This document shows, piece after piece, positions 63,521-64,000 of a stretch of DNA of 64,000 nucleotides; within the stretch, counting starts at the first letter, position 1; each line of letters starts with the position of its first letter. Under the pieces are notes generated by a model. The model did not search any database and was not told the DNA's origin. It saw nothing but the letters and a program-made list of their open reading frames with translations. The stretch is from Candidatus Parcubacteria bacterium. GTDB taxonomy: Bacteria > Patescibacteriota > Patescibacteriia > Patescibacteriales > UBA12075. The DNA is taken from contig PKTK01000001.1 in NCBI GenBank assembly GCA_002869165.1, positions 29,006-93,005 on the forward strand, in the 5' to 3' direction. The position numbers and the translations under genes were made by a program.

Positions 63521-64000
63521 ATATATTTAAAACCATAATTTTTAAATATTTTAGAGATGCCAAGCTAAAAGGTTCAATAAAATTTTTGCATAAGAACAAA
63601 CAAGAAGTAGTATTTGGCGATGATTTTACCCAGAGTGTGGTCGTGAATGTTTTAGATGATAGATTTTATAGAAGAATAGTTTTGAATGGAGATATTGGGC
63701 TCGGAGAAGCGTATTTTCTAAAATATTTCGAGACTGATGACCTTGTCAGTCTTTTTGAGTGGTTTATTTTAAACAAAGAAGAGCTACCTGGTTTCAATTC
63801 AAAGGAAAAGAAATTTAAGCTTTTTGAGTGGAGTAATGCTGTTTTGCGCATCTATCACAAACTTAATAAAAATACCAAGAAAGGTTCGAAGAAAAATATA
63901 AAGTATCATTATGATGTATCAAATGATTTTTATAAGCTCTGGCTGGATAAAACCATGACTTATTCGTCAGCTGTTTTTGAGGGATCAATGAATTTGGAAG
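63517..64000 (+). CDS. cfa: Cyclopropane-fatty-acyl-phospholipid synthase-like methyltransferase (3' end outside the window)
   Basis: ATGA start/stop overlap with the previous gene. GDIGLGEAYF and HYDVSNDFYKLWLDKTMTYSSAVF motifs. Confidence 0.8.
   Translation, partial: MNIFKTIIFKYFRDAKLKGSIKFLHKNKQEVVFGDDFTQSVVVNVLDDRFYRRIVLNGDIGLGEAYFLKYFETDDLVSLFEWFILNKEELPGFNSKEKKFKLFEWSNAVLRIYHKLNKNTKKGSKKNIKYHYDVSNDFYKLWLDKTMTYSSAVFEGSMNLE

Noticed and set aside
1-64000. Alternative genetic code 25 (UGA=Gly), as used by some CPR lineages, or wholesale TAA/TAG reassignment.
   Set aside because: TGA, TAA and TAG all end well-defined genes, often followed by a second stop or a terminator (e.g. 12799, 30111, 50656, 6521). 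Conserved Trp and Gly positions use TGG and GGN. Only isolated in-frame stops are anomalous.

Overview
Low-GC bacterial window whose content looks like Patescibacteria/CPR (inference only). A housekeeping block sits on the left: rpoB 3' part, rpoC, peroxiredoxin, rpmG, an AI-2E permease and tRNA-Trp. A long accessory and mobile stretch begins at the tRNA. Four copies of the tRNA-Trp 3' end mark serial integrations. These carry a small-peptide plus radical-SAM/SPASM (RiPP-like) cassette, and an integrative element with a large serine recombinase, a gpII-like Rep candidate and iteron-like repeats. Next comes a defence-like island: a KAP NTPase, an Mrr-type nuclease, and a tightly packed TMK-like kinase / Gfo-Idh-MocA dehydrogenase / DegT aminotransferase / Nudix operon. 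That operon resembles the early steps of 3'-amino-3'-deoxynucleotide (puromycin-type) synthesis and is my top candidate for an undescribed system. Further right are a Cys-repeat lipoprotein family (one member ends in a PAAR domain, two sit behind a conserved 15-codon leader ORF plus terminator), a TIR three-gene operon, and a Panacea-antitoxin/RelE pair. After these come a G/C-richer LPP20-type lipoprotein operon abutting a 5'-truncated ftsK, and a TspO/DUF1295/DUF1365/cfa cluster. Five otherwise intact genes, including rpoC, contain a single in-frame stop codon (4 TAA, 1 TAG) with no frameshift. No rRNA or CRISPR array was seen. All functional calls rest on motif recognition by eye, without database searches.
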